Positions 1-9,258 of a stretch of 38,540 nt of DNA are shown piece by piece. The notes beneath the pieces were generated by a model. It was not told where the DNA came from and made no database searches. It was given only the letters and a program-made list of their open reading frames with translations. The stretch lies in IMG/VR virus record IMGVR_UViG_3300033076_001295, positions 1 through 38,540 of that record; one strand, 5' to 3'. Made by a program: the position numbers and the translations under genes. This DNA is from a virus (lineage: Duplodnaviria > Caudoviricetes). Within the stretch, counting starts at the first letter, position 1. Every line of letters begins with the position of its first letter.

Positions 1-2
1 TT

Positions 3-31
3 AATCCCATCTATTTTAGGTGGGATTTTTT
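3..31 (+). terminator. Rho-independent terminator of an upstream gene outside the window
   Basis: Stem AATCCCATCTA / TAGGTGGGATT (one G-U pair) with a 3-nt loop, followed by a T tract. Confidence 0.75.
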
Positions 32-74
32 ATTTACATAAGATAAAGTAAAGTTATTTTTAAAGAAAAAAATT

Positions 75-833
75 ATGGACCAAAGTACACAATATGGACA
101 AATGGATTTTAATCTTCCGCATGATATAGTATCACTACCAACTAAAGGGGTATTCTACAAACCTAAAAAAGAAAGTTTGAAAGTTGGTTACCTTACAGCT
201 ACTGATGAGAATTATTTATCATCACCAAACATTATTAATGATGGTATCATACATACCCTACTTAAAAATAAAATATATGAACCTGGATTTGACATTAACC
301 AAATGTTGGATGTGGATGTACAGGCTGTTTTAATTTTTTTACGTAACACTTCTTTTGGGAGCGAATACGAATTCAAAATTAAAGACCCTAGAACAGACAT
401 ATTTTTTGAAACCTCTATAGTTTTAGACTCAATAAAAATTAAAGAGCCCGATGTGAAACCAAATTCTGAAGGATTATTTGATTTTACACTACCTAAAAGT
501 CAACGAAAAGTACAATTACGATTACTTAATTTGGGTGATGAAAGAGAAATTGATAAAATGAGGGATTCATATCCTGACAAAATGGTAGCACCAATAATTA
601 CAAAAAGACTTGAAAAATCTATTGTTTCTGTAGATGGGGACACAAATAGAGAAAATATTGTTAAATTCATTAGTCAACTACCAATAATTGATTCTAAGGA
701 ACTTAGAAAATTTCTTAAAAGGTGTGAACCACAATTAGATTTACAAAAAACAGTAATAGCCCCGTCAGGAGAAAAAGTTACAATCGATGTGACTTTTGGG
801 GTTGAATTTTTTCGTCCTTTCTTCGGAATATAA
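75..833 (+). CDS. Baseplate hub / tail assembly chaperone, T4 gp26-like
   Basis: 252-aa ORF with N-terminal 'VSLPTKG..Y', 'LTATDENYL', 'DVQAVLIFLR..SFG..Y' and a C-terminal 'FGVEFFRP' pattern recognised from T4-like gp26-family proteins. It lies upstream of the tape measure gene. Confidence 0.7.
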   Translation: MDQSTQYGQMDFNLPHDIVSLPTKGVFYKPKKESLKVGYLTATDENYLSSPNIINDGIIHTLLKNKIYEPGFDINQMLDVDVQAVLIFLRNTSFGSEYEFKIKDPRTDIFFETSIVLDSIKIKEPDVKPNSEGLFDFTLPKSQRKVQLRLLNLGDEREIDKMRDSYPDKMVAPIITKRLEKSIVSVDGDTNRENIVKFISQLPIIDSKELRKFLKRCEPQLDLQKTVIAPSGEKVTIDVTFGVEFFRPFFGI

Positions 834-966
834 AAAAAATATTTTAGACGAATATTTTTTATTAGCAAAAGAAATTAATTTGTCTTATCATGACCTCTTA
901 CGTATGCCTGTTTTCGAAAGAAAATACCTTGTAGGTAAAATTGTTGAAATGTATAAAAAACAATAG
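811..966 (+). CDS. gp51-like chaperone C-terminal extension in the +1 frame; probably reached by frameshift from the 75..833 ORF (not in the ORF track)
   Basis: The +1 frame is open from 793 to TAG at 964-966 and reads FVLSSEYKKNILDEYFLLAKEINLSYHDLLRMPVFERKYLVGKIVEMYKKQ. 'YHDLLRMPVFERKYL' resembles the 'MPxxERxxY' motif of gp51-like proteins. The only ATG (904) is inside that motif. Confidence 0.65.
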   Translation, partial: FVLSSEYKKNILDEYFLLAKEINLSYHDLLRMPVFERKYLVGKIVEMYKKQ

Positions 967-973
967 ATATTCC

Positions 974-980
974 TATTTAT
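974..980 (+). promoter_or_regulatory. Putative phage late promoter motif TATTTAT
   Basis: TATTTAT 12 nt before the ATG at 993; the same motif recurs before other structural genes. Confidence 0.6.
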
Positions 981-992
981 TAAATAAAAACT

Positions 993-2810
993 ATGTTATT
1001 TTTCCAAAGTGAAGTTGAGGGTTCGGGTGCCAGTAAGTTTAAGAATATTTCTGGTGAAAAGGGTCAATTAGATGCATTAAAGCAGTCTTTTACGGATTAT
1101 GTTGCAACTGTAAGTCTAGATTTAGACAAATTACATGATGTTGTTAGAAAACAACAATCACAAATGGTTGGTATTGACACCGCAGCTAGAAATGTACTAA
1201 GAAGTATGGGTGGTGTTGCCGACTTCACAGGAAAAGGAGCCGCTCGTGCAGATGAGTTTAGAAGAACCTTAAGTAGAGCATTAGACAACGTAATTTCAAT
1301 TGGAGGTTCATTAAAAGATGTGTCAGAAGCTGCTGCGGGGTTAGCAGAATCTATGGGAAGAATGGTCAATCCATCTGCTGAAGTTTTAGCAAACATAGTA
1401 GCGACAAGTAAAGCATTCGGACTAACAACGAAAGAAACTAGTAAAATGGTTACCGACATTGTTAGATTTGGAGGAACCCAAGAGGAGGCGTTAGAAACCA
1501 TGAAAGGAATCGCTAACGAAGCAAGAAAATCTGGTATTAACACTGCCGCATATATGAAAGCAGTGCAGGGTGGATTAAAAATGGCGAGTGGGTTTGGATT
1601 CAAAAACGGTATTGATGGTTTGAAAAATATGGCCAAACAAGCGGCAATGTTAAGAACAACAATAGAAGGAATTGGAGCTAAAGGACTCCAAGCAAAGGTT
1701 TTAGACCCTGAAGGCGCAATTGAAGCTGCAGCAGGATTTCAAATGTTAGGTGGAGCTATAGGAAAACTCGGAGACCCTTTCCAACTACTACGTATGGCTC
1801 AAAGCGATATGGAAGGATTACAAGATGAGTTAGCAAAATCAACCGCATCTGCTTTTAGTTTTAATAAAGAAACAGGAGAATTCAAAGCATCAACTCAAGA
1901 TTTATATAGACTGAGAGCACAGGCTGAATTGACAGGCGCTAATTTTGACGAAATGTTGGAATCGGGTCGTGAAATGGCTAAGTTGGATTTTATTAAAAAT
2001 TCAGTAGATTTAGATGGTCTTACTGACGACCAAAAAGGCGTTTTATCAAGTTTAGCACAAATAGATAAAAAAGGGAAAGTACAAGTTGATATACCTGGTT
2101 TTGAAGAAGGTACAAGAGATTTAACTGAATTAATGAAAGATGATAAATTTAAAGAGGCATTAGACCAATATCAAGTTGACTCTACAAAATCGGCAAAAGA
2201 TATTGCATTAGAACAAATGAATATCGAAGATAAACAATTAGCAGCATTACAAGGAATCGAAAAGGCTGTGGTGTTAGGTATGACTGCGAAACAACAAGAT
2301 GATTTAATTAATGCGGTCGAATCTCAAAATAAAGATGCTGCTGATGCATACAGACAATTGACCGGTAAAGTAGAAAAGACAATGGCTAACGTTGCCGTAG
2401 GAGTAACCAAAGGTGAAGCAAGTGCGGTTACGGTAGCAAAAACATCGACTACTAATATGGCAACTGAGGTTGAGGCGGCAATAACAAACGCAGGATTTAC
2501 CACAATGCCTGATGGATTTATACCTTCAAATAGTAGTGCACCAACAATTTTATCAAAAGGTGCAATTTATAAAGGAATCGTTGGTGATGATGTTGCTGTT
2601 GGTGTAGGTTTAGGTGATGCTTTATCAAAAGCAAGTTCCGGAAATTTAACAGGAGCTATAGATATTAATATAAATCTAAACGGTTCAATTAATGGAGACC
2701 CTGGACAGGTTGCGAAAATGTTTAATTCGCCAGAAATTCAAAAACAAATTATGGACACAGTTCTTTATAAATTGAATGATTATAAAAGACAACAAGGCGT
2801 ACTTGCCTAA
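993..2810 (+). CDS. Tail tape measure protein
   Basis: 605 aa, Ala/Gly/Lys-rich and apparently helical, directly downstream of the tail chaperone genes and upstream of baseplate genes. Confidence 0.75.
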   Translation: MLFFQSEVEGSGASKFKNISGEKGQLDALKQSFTDYVATVSLDLDKLHDVVRKQQSQMVGIDTAARNVLRSMGGVADFTGKGAARADEFRRTLSRALDNVISIGGSLKDVSEAAAGLAESMGRMVNPSAEVLANIVATSKAFGLTTKETSKMVTDIVRFGGTQEEALETMKGIANEARKSGINTAAYMKAVQGGLKMASGFGFKNGIDGLKNMAKQAAMLRTTIEGIGAKGLQAKVLDPEGAIEAAAGFQMLGGAIGKLGDPFQLLRMAQSDMEGLQDELAKSTASAFSFNKETGEFKASTQDLYRLRAQAELTGANFDEMLESGREMAKLDFIKNSVDLDGLTDDQKGVLSSLAQIDKKGKVQVDIPGFEEGTRDLTELMKDDKFKEALDQYQVDSTKSAKDIALEQMNIEDKQLAALQGIEKAVVLGMTAKQQDDLINAVESQNKDAADAYRQLTGKVEKTMANVAVGVTKGEASAVTVAKTSTTNMATEVEAAITNAGFTTMPDGFIPSNSSAPTILSKGAIYKGIVGDDVAVGVGLGDALSKASSGNLTGAIDININLNGSINGDPGQVAKMFNSPEIQKQIMDTVLYKLNDYKRQQGVLA

Positions 2811-2827
2811 AAAAATCTAAAACAATC

Positions 2828-2834
2828 TATTTAT
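2828..2834 (+). promoter_or_regulatory. Putative phage late promoter motif TATTTAT
   Basis: TATTTAT 14 nt before the ATG at 2849. Confidence 0.6.
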
Positions 2835-2848
2835 CATAAAAAGACTGA

Positions 2849-5800
2849 ATGGAGAGTCCACTATCATTTAATTCAAGTGAAAATTTTAGAAAAAAACTGT
2901 TGGTAAGAAATTTACCACCATACAAAGTAGATAATGCTTTTTCTAATGATAGTAAACCTGGAACCTCGGAATATGTAAATAATGATTTAACACCAATCGA
3001 TTCACCAAGTGTTGAACAAATTGGAAACAAACAAGAACAACTATTATTCCCAATTAATCAATATGGACCACAAAATAACTCAAAAGAGTATGGTAACACT
3101 GTTTCAATAAATGACAACTTAAATTACAAAACAAACGAGGGTGAATATGGGTATCCCGACTCAATCGGTAGTGATTTAGAAATTATTGGTAACGAAACTG
3201 AAAAACAAATCATTATTAAAAATGTTTATAGACCTGAAAATGGTGTATCTGATTTTGGTTCTACTGCGTGGTATATAAATAATGATAAAGTAATAAGTAC
3301 AATAGGTGAAGGGGAATACACTGTTCAAGATACTGTAGGTAGTAGTTTAGAAGTAACAGGTCAAATTGATAGACCAACTTTAATCACTAATAATCAGTAC
3401 GGACCTGAAAACTTACCAACTACCGAAGTTTCAATTAATAATAATTTACAAACAAATGCAAATGAAGGTGAGTATGGGTTTCCTGATACGGTAAATAGTC
3501 CTTTAGAGAACGAAGGTATTAACGACAGGCCAGGACTGATTGCTATCAACCAATATGGTCCTGAAAATTTACCAAACTCAGAAGTTGCAATTAATAACAA
3601 CTTACAAACAAATGCAAATGAAGGTGAGTATGGTTTCCCTGATACGGTAAACAGTGAACTTCAGATAGTAGGTGAAGAAGTAAGAAAACCTAATTTTCTA
3701 CAAAACCAATGGGGACCTGAACAAGGTCAAAGTGATGTTGAAGTTGAACCATATAGAAAATTAAAAAGTTTAACCATACCACAAGGTAATTATGACGTCA
3801 CAGATTCCAACGGGAGTGTTTTAGAATTAGTTGGTGGTGTTAAAGAAACCGAGGCATACCTATCTAATAGATACGCAACTGGTGACGGTGAGTATGACCC
3901 GTCAGATTTCAAAACACTTCAACTGAAGGCACTACAATTACCATATGCTAATTCTGATAGTACATTTATATTTTTACCATCAACATATACCCCTTACAGT
4001 ATTTTATTAAGTGATAACCCTTCCGGTTCGGAGGGTACGCTATCTGAAGACTCAAGTCTTGCAAACATTGGTGCAAAATCCTTGAATAAGGAATTCAAAC
4101 ATAGAGTTGCATATGAATTATACCAACAAACATTAGGTCAAGTAAACATATTCAACTCAAACGTAAATCCCGACACTGGTGAAATATCAGTAAAACCTAA
4201 TACTGACCCATTTAATGCTATAGGGTTATTAACAGGTAATATTCCTATAGTCTCAAGAGTTTATAATATTACAACACCCGATTTTCTATTTGGTCAAGGC
4301 ATTAACTTCGCAGCAAAACTTGCAGGGTTATATTCACCGTATTCTTACATACCTGGTGAATATTTTGATTACCCCGACCCAATCGGTAATGGACCATACG
4401 AAAATCCACTTTCAATATTAGGTGGCGCCATAGGTTCATTATTTAGTGTTTTACAACCTGCAAATCAAAATTCTTCTGAATTGTTGATTGAATACACTTC
4501 GGTACCTACCCGTAAATTATTGTATGACCAACTTAAATACAATCCTTATCGACCAAATTATAAGATTGGAAACAACTTAACAGCACCAAAAGGTGTGTTT
4601 TATGTTGGAGATAGAAAAAGTCATTTAACTGAATTAATTTCACCTTCAGATGAATTACCTTTATCGAAAGATGGGACAAAATCGGCGGTAGGTCCTGTAC
4701 AATCGTATGGTAATGTTGGTAAATTATATGAGGGTTCACAATTAGATGATACTAAATTTGGTCTAAATAGTAGAAACTTTTATAGTGCTGGTAGTACTAA
4801 AGATGGGTGTAAATGGATTGGAAGTACGGTGTTTGGAAGTTTTACATGGACAGGTCAATTAAAAACCGGAGGTAAAAACAACCCACTTCCAGGTAAATTA
4901 CAAGGTAGAGGTGGAGAACAATTCTCAGATAATAGTGAATTTACTTTTGGTAATTTAACTGATTTCGAAAAAAGTGATTCTGTAAAATACAGTTTCACAC
5001 CGGGCTCAATTTTAGATGTTACTCAAAAATTAGTCAATGCGGGACAAAGAAGTAAAAATCCTAAGGAACACGTCGGTAACGCAATAAATCAAATTACTAA
5101 AGTGTTTAATGATGGATACCAAGAAATAACTAAAGGTTCCAAAGTTTTAAGATACACTACTAAAAATTCTGTAGGAGGAGGTAATGTAGAAGGTCTCGAA
5201 TATTGTAGAGTCTTTACCAAAGATAGACCATATTTTACATATGATGAGTTACAAAAAAATGAAGGTAATATTAGGAAATATACTAATTCAGTATTAGATA
5301 ACACATATAATACCAACATAGCGCCTGTTGATGGTAGTAGTTTAAGAGATGGTAAAGTAAAAAAATACATGTTCTCTTTAGAAAATTTGGCATGGAGAAC
5401 TTCAAATAGAAAAGGATTTACTTATGATGATTTACCTGCATGTGAAAAAGGACCAAATGGAGGTAGAATCATGTGGTTCCCACCATATGATTTAAGCTTT
5501 GATGAAAGTATCAGTACTTCATGGCAAGACAACAACTTTTTAGGTAGAACTGAACCTATTTACACTTATACTAATACGTCAAGAAAAGGTAACATATCAT
5601 TCAAGATTATTGTCGACCATCCGTCAATTATGAACTTATTAGTTAGTGAGGAACTAAAAGACATTGGGGATAATAATGAAATTACACAAATAATTGATTC
5701 GTTTTTTGCGGGATGTACAAAATATGATTTATGGGATTTAGTAACTAAGTTTCCTAACTTTACACCTAATGAAATTTTTGAAGCACAAGTTCTTACCACA

Positions 5801-8800
5801 CAAGGAGTTGTTACCGTTGTTGGTGAAAACAATTATACAAACATCCAACAAACAGTTGATATTGGAGGTCAAACTATAATACCACCAACACCTTCACCAT
5901 GTATTGTTTATGAATATCAAGTTGGTGTAGCAACTAACCTAACATATACTGCGTGTTCAGATACTTTGATTGTAGATGCGTTAACACCAGGGGATAAAGG
6001 TCAGATTTGTGTTAGAAGAGATTCAACACCTCAGTTTTCTGTGCCCGACCCAACAAATACAGTAACACCAACAGGGCAAGAATGTAAATCAGGGAGCACT
6101 ACACCGGTTCAAACAACAACGATTACACCAGTACCACTTAACATTTCATTTCCTGATGTTGGATTTTATTTTGATAATAACTTCCCTATTGGTACTGATA
6201 CGTATGATGAAACCGTAACACAAGACTTTGAGTATTGGTATAATCTTTATATTGCAAATGAAAATTGTTATCTAAACGGTGGTTGTAGTAATCAAGATTT
6301 TAATGCGGCAATAGATAAAATTATTCCATATAGCTCAACAACAAGAACAACTGATTTTACAAATATAGTATTGAACTTACCGCCAAATGAAGGGAATGTT
6401 TACTTGGGTAAGTATATAGATGCTAGAAAATCTGAAGTACAGAAGTTTTATTCATTTATTAAATCTGAATTTGCTGAGGCTCAAAAATTTGTAAAAACCA
6501 TAGGGGATATGATGTTATCAGGTAAAATTGTTGAATTTTCACTTGTTGCGAGTGCTTCGGCTACTAGTAAACCTTCATATAATTTAGCACTTTCAAAAAG
6601 AAGGGCGGATTCAGTATTAAAGTGGATATACAAACAAAAATCTTCTGATGGTACAACTTTCCAAAAATATAAAGAACAAGGTAAGTTGAAAATAACTGTA
6701 GACGCTAAAGGTGATACTGCAGAAATTCAGGAAAACACATATAATTCTATAAAGTGTAACGAAAGGTTTAAGATGTCAGATGCTCAACAATACGAAGGTA
6801 CTGTATCTGTTAATGCTATGGCTTGTCGTAGAACAAGAATTGTATTCAAAAATTACAATGAAAATAACTCAGTAACTGAAAACCAAACACCTGAACCTAA
6901 CAATTCACAGTTAAATCAAGAACAGGCGGGTCAAGATTTTATTATTGTTGGTCAATCACAACAATCAACACCTACATCTACCCCACAACAACCAAACACA
7001 TCGACCAATCCTTTTGTTAATCAAGGACCTACTACAACTCCAAACAATAACACACCGCCAAATGTTAGAGAGCAAGAGGTTCAAACACAACAAAGACAAG
7101 TATTCAAAGACTTAACAAAAAAATTAGCAAGAAAGTTGTTGACGGAATGTAACTATTTTGAGTACATCAAAAAAACTGAACCAATGATTTATGACGGGAT
7201 TAAATCTAAAATAAAATATTTCCAACCGGCATTCCACTCAATTACACCTGAAGGGTTGAATTCGCGTTTAGTTTTCTTACAACAATGTATGAGACCTGGA
7301 GATACTATCCCAACAATATCGACAACAAATAATGGTCAACAAGAACTTTTATATAACGACGTTTCAAACAGTGCGTTTGGTGCACCACCAATCTGTGTAC
7401 TAAGAATTGGTGATTTCTTTAATACAAAAATAGCAATTGACCAAATATCTTTGAAATATGAAGACGGAAGATTTGATTTGAACCCTGAAGGTATTGGTGT
7501 ACAACCTATGATTGCTGATGTTAGTATATCATTTAGTTTCATTGGGGCTCATGGTTTAGCTGAACCGGTTGCAAAATTACAAAATGCGTTATCATTTAAT
7601 TATTACGCAAACACAGAAATGTATGATGAAAGAGCTGATGTTACAGAACAATTACCACAATTAGCAGAATACGATAGACAAGTCATCGACCAAGTTGAAG
7701 CTCAATTGGGTGTTGTAAACACTGCAGCACCAAGACCTGAAGTAAATAATGGGGGGGTTACTATAGGTACTACTCTTACCAATGTTTTAGATTTTAATAG
7801 TTCAGCAACCACAGGTACAATCAAATACCAAGAAGTGATGAGTCAATTATCTGACTCAACAAAAGGATATGTTGAGAAAGTTACAAACACGTTAGAAAAA
7901 ATAAATCAAGATTTATTAATTGGAGGACTTCAAATTTTTACAAAAGATAGAAAATACGTTGAAGGATACTTTAATTATCTTGGAGGTAATATATCTGATA
8001 CCGTTAATATTTTTGGTTACTCGGACAAATATCAAGAAAAAATTGAAGAGCTGGCTAATAAAGCAAAACAAGATGTTGATAATGGAATTTGCCCAATTTT
8101 ATCTAATGTGACAAATGAAAACTTAACAGACGTTCAAATTAGAAAATTCAAAAGACAAGTTAAGTTAGACATCGATAAGAGAAAAGATGAAATGTTACAA
8201 ACTTTAACAGTAGATTCAAATGAAATAACTTCAACTGAAATACCTTACATTAACTTGATAGATAAAATTAATTACGTTTCAAATAGTAATGACGGTTTTG
8301 TAAAGAAAAATAATTCAACAATTATATATAATCTTTCTGGTACGACTGAGGTAACACAACCTACACTACCTAATGTGAATAATACATTACAAGAATTAGT
8401 TCAAGACTCACTTATAATCAAAAATGATTTGAATACTTTCTATCAGAAATTACAAGATTTCAAACTTATACCAACAGGTGATTTTGATTACAGTTCAAAT
8501 TTCACACAAGACATGTATTTTAGTACACCACAAACACCTAATGTAGTTGCTTATTTTATGTTGTTTGGTAAGCAAATTTTGGACGACCCTAATAAATTCA
8601 AAGATAATTTGATACAATCCGCAATACCTAATGCAAATAGCGAAGATACTCAAAAATGGAATGAGTTTTTGGATGTAAAAATAAATCACCCACAAAACGG
8701 TCTGTACGTTATTTATAATTCTTCTAAAACTCAAATGGATAAAAATATTGCAGATTTCAAATCAACATACTACAACCCTACATTTAATACTTATAATCCC

Positions 8801-8941
8801 TATAATAAAAGTAAGGTTAGAAAAATGTGGTACCAATCCCAAGTAGTGTCACAAGAACCTCAAAATAGTAACTTGAAAATTATTTATTCAAGTAAAAGTG
8901 CAAGTTGGGATAAATTTAACTTACAAAAGTCATTTAAGTAA
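2849..8941 (+). CDS. Giant tail/baseplate protein: N-terminal ~52-aa repeats, split tail-tube-initiator-like domain, OmpA-like peptidoglycan-binding motif
   Basis: 2030 aa. Tube-like segments 'WFPPYDLSFDESISTSW...LGRTEPIYTYTNTSR' and 'PPICVLRIGDFFNTKIAIDQISLKYE...PMIADVSISF'; OmpA signature 'YNLALSKRRADSV' and 'CRRTRI'. It follows the tape measure gene. Confidence 0.6.
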   Translation: MESPLSFNSSENFRKKLLVRNLPPYKVDNAFSNDSKPGTSEYVNNDLTPIDSPSVEQIGNKQEQLLFPINQYGPQNNSKEYGNTVSINDNLNYKTNEGEYGYPDSIGSDLEIIGNETEKQIIIKNVYRPENGVSDFGSTAWYINNDKVISTIGEGEYTVQDTVGSSLEVTGQIDRPTLITNNQYGPENLPTTEVSINNNLQTNANEGEYGFPDTVNSPLENEGINDRPGLIAINQYGPENLPNSEVAINNNLQTNANEGEYGFPDTVNSELQIVGEEVRKPNFLQNQWGPEQGQSDVEVEPYRKLKSLTIPQGNYDVTDSNGSVLELVGGVKETEAYLSNRYATGDGEYDPSDFKTLQLKALQLPYANSDSTFIFLPSTYTPYSILLSDNPSGSEGTLSEDSSLANIGAKSLNKEFKHRVAYELYQQTLGQVNIFNSNVNPDTGEISVKPNTDPFNAIGLLTGNIPIVSRVYNITTPDFLFGQGINFAAKLAGLYSPYSYIPGEYFDYPDPIGNGPYENPLSILGGAIGSLFSVLQPANQNSSELLIEYTSVPTRKLLYDQLKYNPYRPNYKIGNNLTAPKGVFYVGDRKSHLTELISPSDELPLSKDGTKSAVGPVQSYGNVGKLYEGSQLDDTKFGLNSRNFYSAGSTKDGCKWIGSTVFGSFTWTGQLKTGGKNNPLPGKLQGRGGEQFSDNSEFTFGNLTDFEKSDSVKYSFTPGSILDVTQKLVNAGQRSKNPKEHVGNAINQITKVFNDGYQEITKGSKVLRYTTKNSVGGGNVEGLEYCRVFTKDRPYFTYDELQKNEGNIRKYTNSVLDNTYNTNIAPVDGSSLRDGKVKKYMFSLENLAWRTSNRKGFTYDDLPACEKGPNGGRIMWFPPYDLSFDESISTSWQDNNFLGRTEPIYTYTNTSRKGNISFKIIVDHPSIMNLLVSEELKDIGDNNEITQIIDSFFAGCTKYDLWDLVTKFPNFTPNEIFEAQVLTTQGVVTVVGENNYTNIQQTVDIGGQTIIPPTPSPCIVYEYQVGVATNLTYTACSDTLIVDALTPGDKGQICVRRDSTPQFSVPDPTNTVTPTGQECKSGSTTPVQTTTITPVPLNISFPDVGFYFDNNFPIGTDTYDETVTQDFEYWYNLYIANENCYLNGGCSNQDFNAAIDKIIPYSSTTRTTDFTNIVLNLPPNEGNVYLGKYIDARKSEVQKFYSFIKSEFAEAQKFVKTIGDMMLSGKIVEFSLVASASATSKPSYNLALSKRRADSVLKWIYKQKSSDGTTFQKYKEQGKLKITVDAKGDTAEIQENTYNSIKCNERFKMSDAQQYEGTVSVNAMACRRTRIVFKNYNENNSVTENQTPEPNNSQLNQEQAGQDFIIVGQSQQSTPTSTPQQPNTSTNPFVNQGPTTTPNNNTPPNVREQEVQTQQRQVFKDLTKKLARKLLTECNYFEYIKKTEPMIYDGIKSKIKYFQPAFHSITPEGLNSRLVFLQQCMRPGDTIPTISTTNNGQQELLYNDVSNSAFGAPPICVLRIGDFFNTKIAIDQISLKYEDGRFDLNPEGIGVQPMIADVSISFSFIGAHGLAEPVAKLQNALSFNYYANTEMYDERADVTEQLPQLAEYDRQVIDQVEAQLGVVNTAAPRPEVNNGGVTIGTTLTNVLDFNSSATTGTIKYQEVMSQLSDSTKGYVEKVTNTLEKINQDLLIGGLQIFTKDRKYVEGYFNYLGGNISDTVNIFGYSDKYQEKIEELANKAKQDVDNGICPILSNVTNENLTDVQIRKFKRQVKLDIDKRKDEMLQTLTVDSNEITSTEIPYINLIDKINYVSNSNDGFVKKNNSTIIYNLSGTTEVTQPTLPNVNNTLQELVQDSLIIKNDLNTFYQKLQDFKLIPTGDFDYSSNFTQDMYFSTPQTPNVVAYFMLFGKQILDDPNKFKDNLIQSAIPNANSEDTQKWNEFLDVKINHPQNGLYVIYNSSKTQMDKNIADFKSTYYNPTFNTYNPYNKSKVRKMWYQSQVVSQEPQNSNLKIIYSSKSASWDKFNLQKSFK
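3056..3900 (+). repeat. Intragenic tandem repeat of about 52-57 aa (NQYGPEN...EGEYG.PD...S.LE), about 5 copies
   Basis: The two best copies start at 3392 and 3548 (156-nt period) and share TTACAAACAAATGCAAATGAAGGTGAGTATGG exactly at 3446-3477 and 3602-3633; flanking copies are more degenerate. Confidence 0.85.
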
Positions 8942-9258
8942 TGGACTACTATAATAGATATAAGGACTTCTTAATAAATGGTCAACAAACCGTTGTACCA
9001 TTTTTGTCTATACCGTCTAGAGTGACTGACCAACAGTATTTATATAGGGCTGGTCAGAGTAGGTTAGATAAAATAAGTTTTGAAAGATATGGTACACCGT
9101 ATTTTGGTTGGTTGATTTTGGCTGCGAACGCATCTTTTGGTGGTTTAGAACAAAATATACCTGATGGTACTGTTTTAATTATACCATATCCGTTGACAGC
9201 AGCATTACAAGACTACAAATCTGCATTAGATACATATATATTCTATTATGGCCGCTAG
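8941..9258 (+). CDS. Small baseplate wedge / LysM-like (gp53 / tail X-like) protein
   Basis: 105 aa with 'RLDKISFERYGTPYFGWLILAAN...IPDGTVLIIP', the LysM/gp53-type pattern; TAATG overlap with the upstream gene. Confidence 0.7.
   Translation: MDYYNRYKDFLINGQQTVVPFLSIPSRVTDQQYLYRAGQSRLDKISFERYGTPYFGWLILAANASFGGLEQNIPDGTVLIIPYPLTAALQDYKSALDTYIFYYGR

Noticed and set aside
1097-1636. 179-aa minus-strand ORF
   Set aside because: Entirely antisense to the tape measure gene with mirror-codon composition; a shadow ORF.
3392-3660. Direct repeats considered as a CRISPR array or DGR template/variable pair
   Set aside because: They have an in-frame 156-nt period encoding a protein repeat, differences are not adenine-specific, and no cas or reverse transcriptase gene is in the window.
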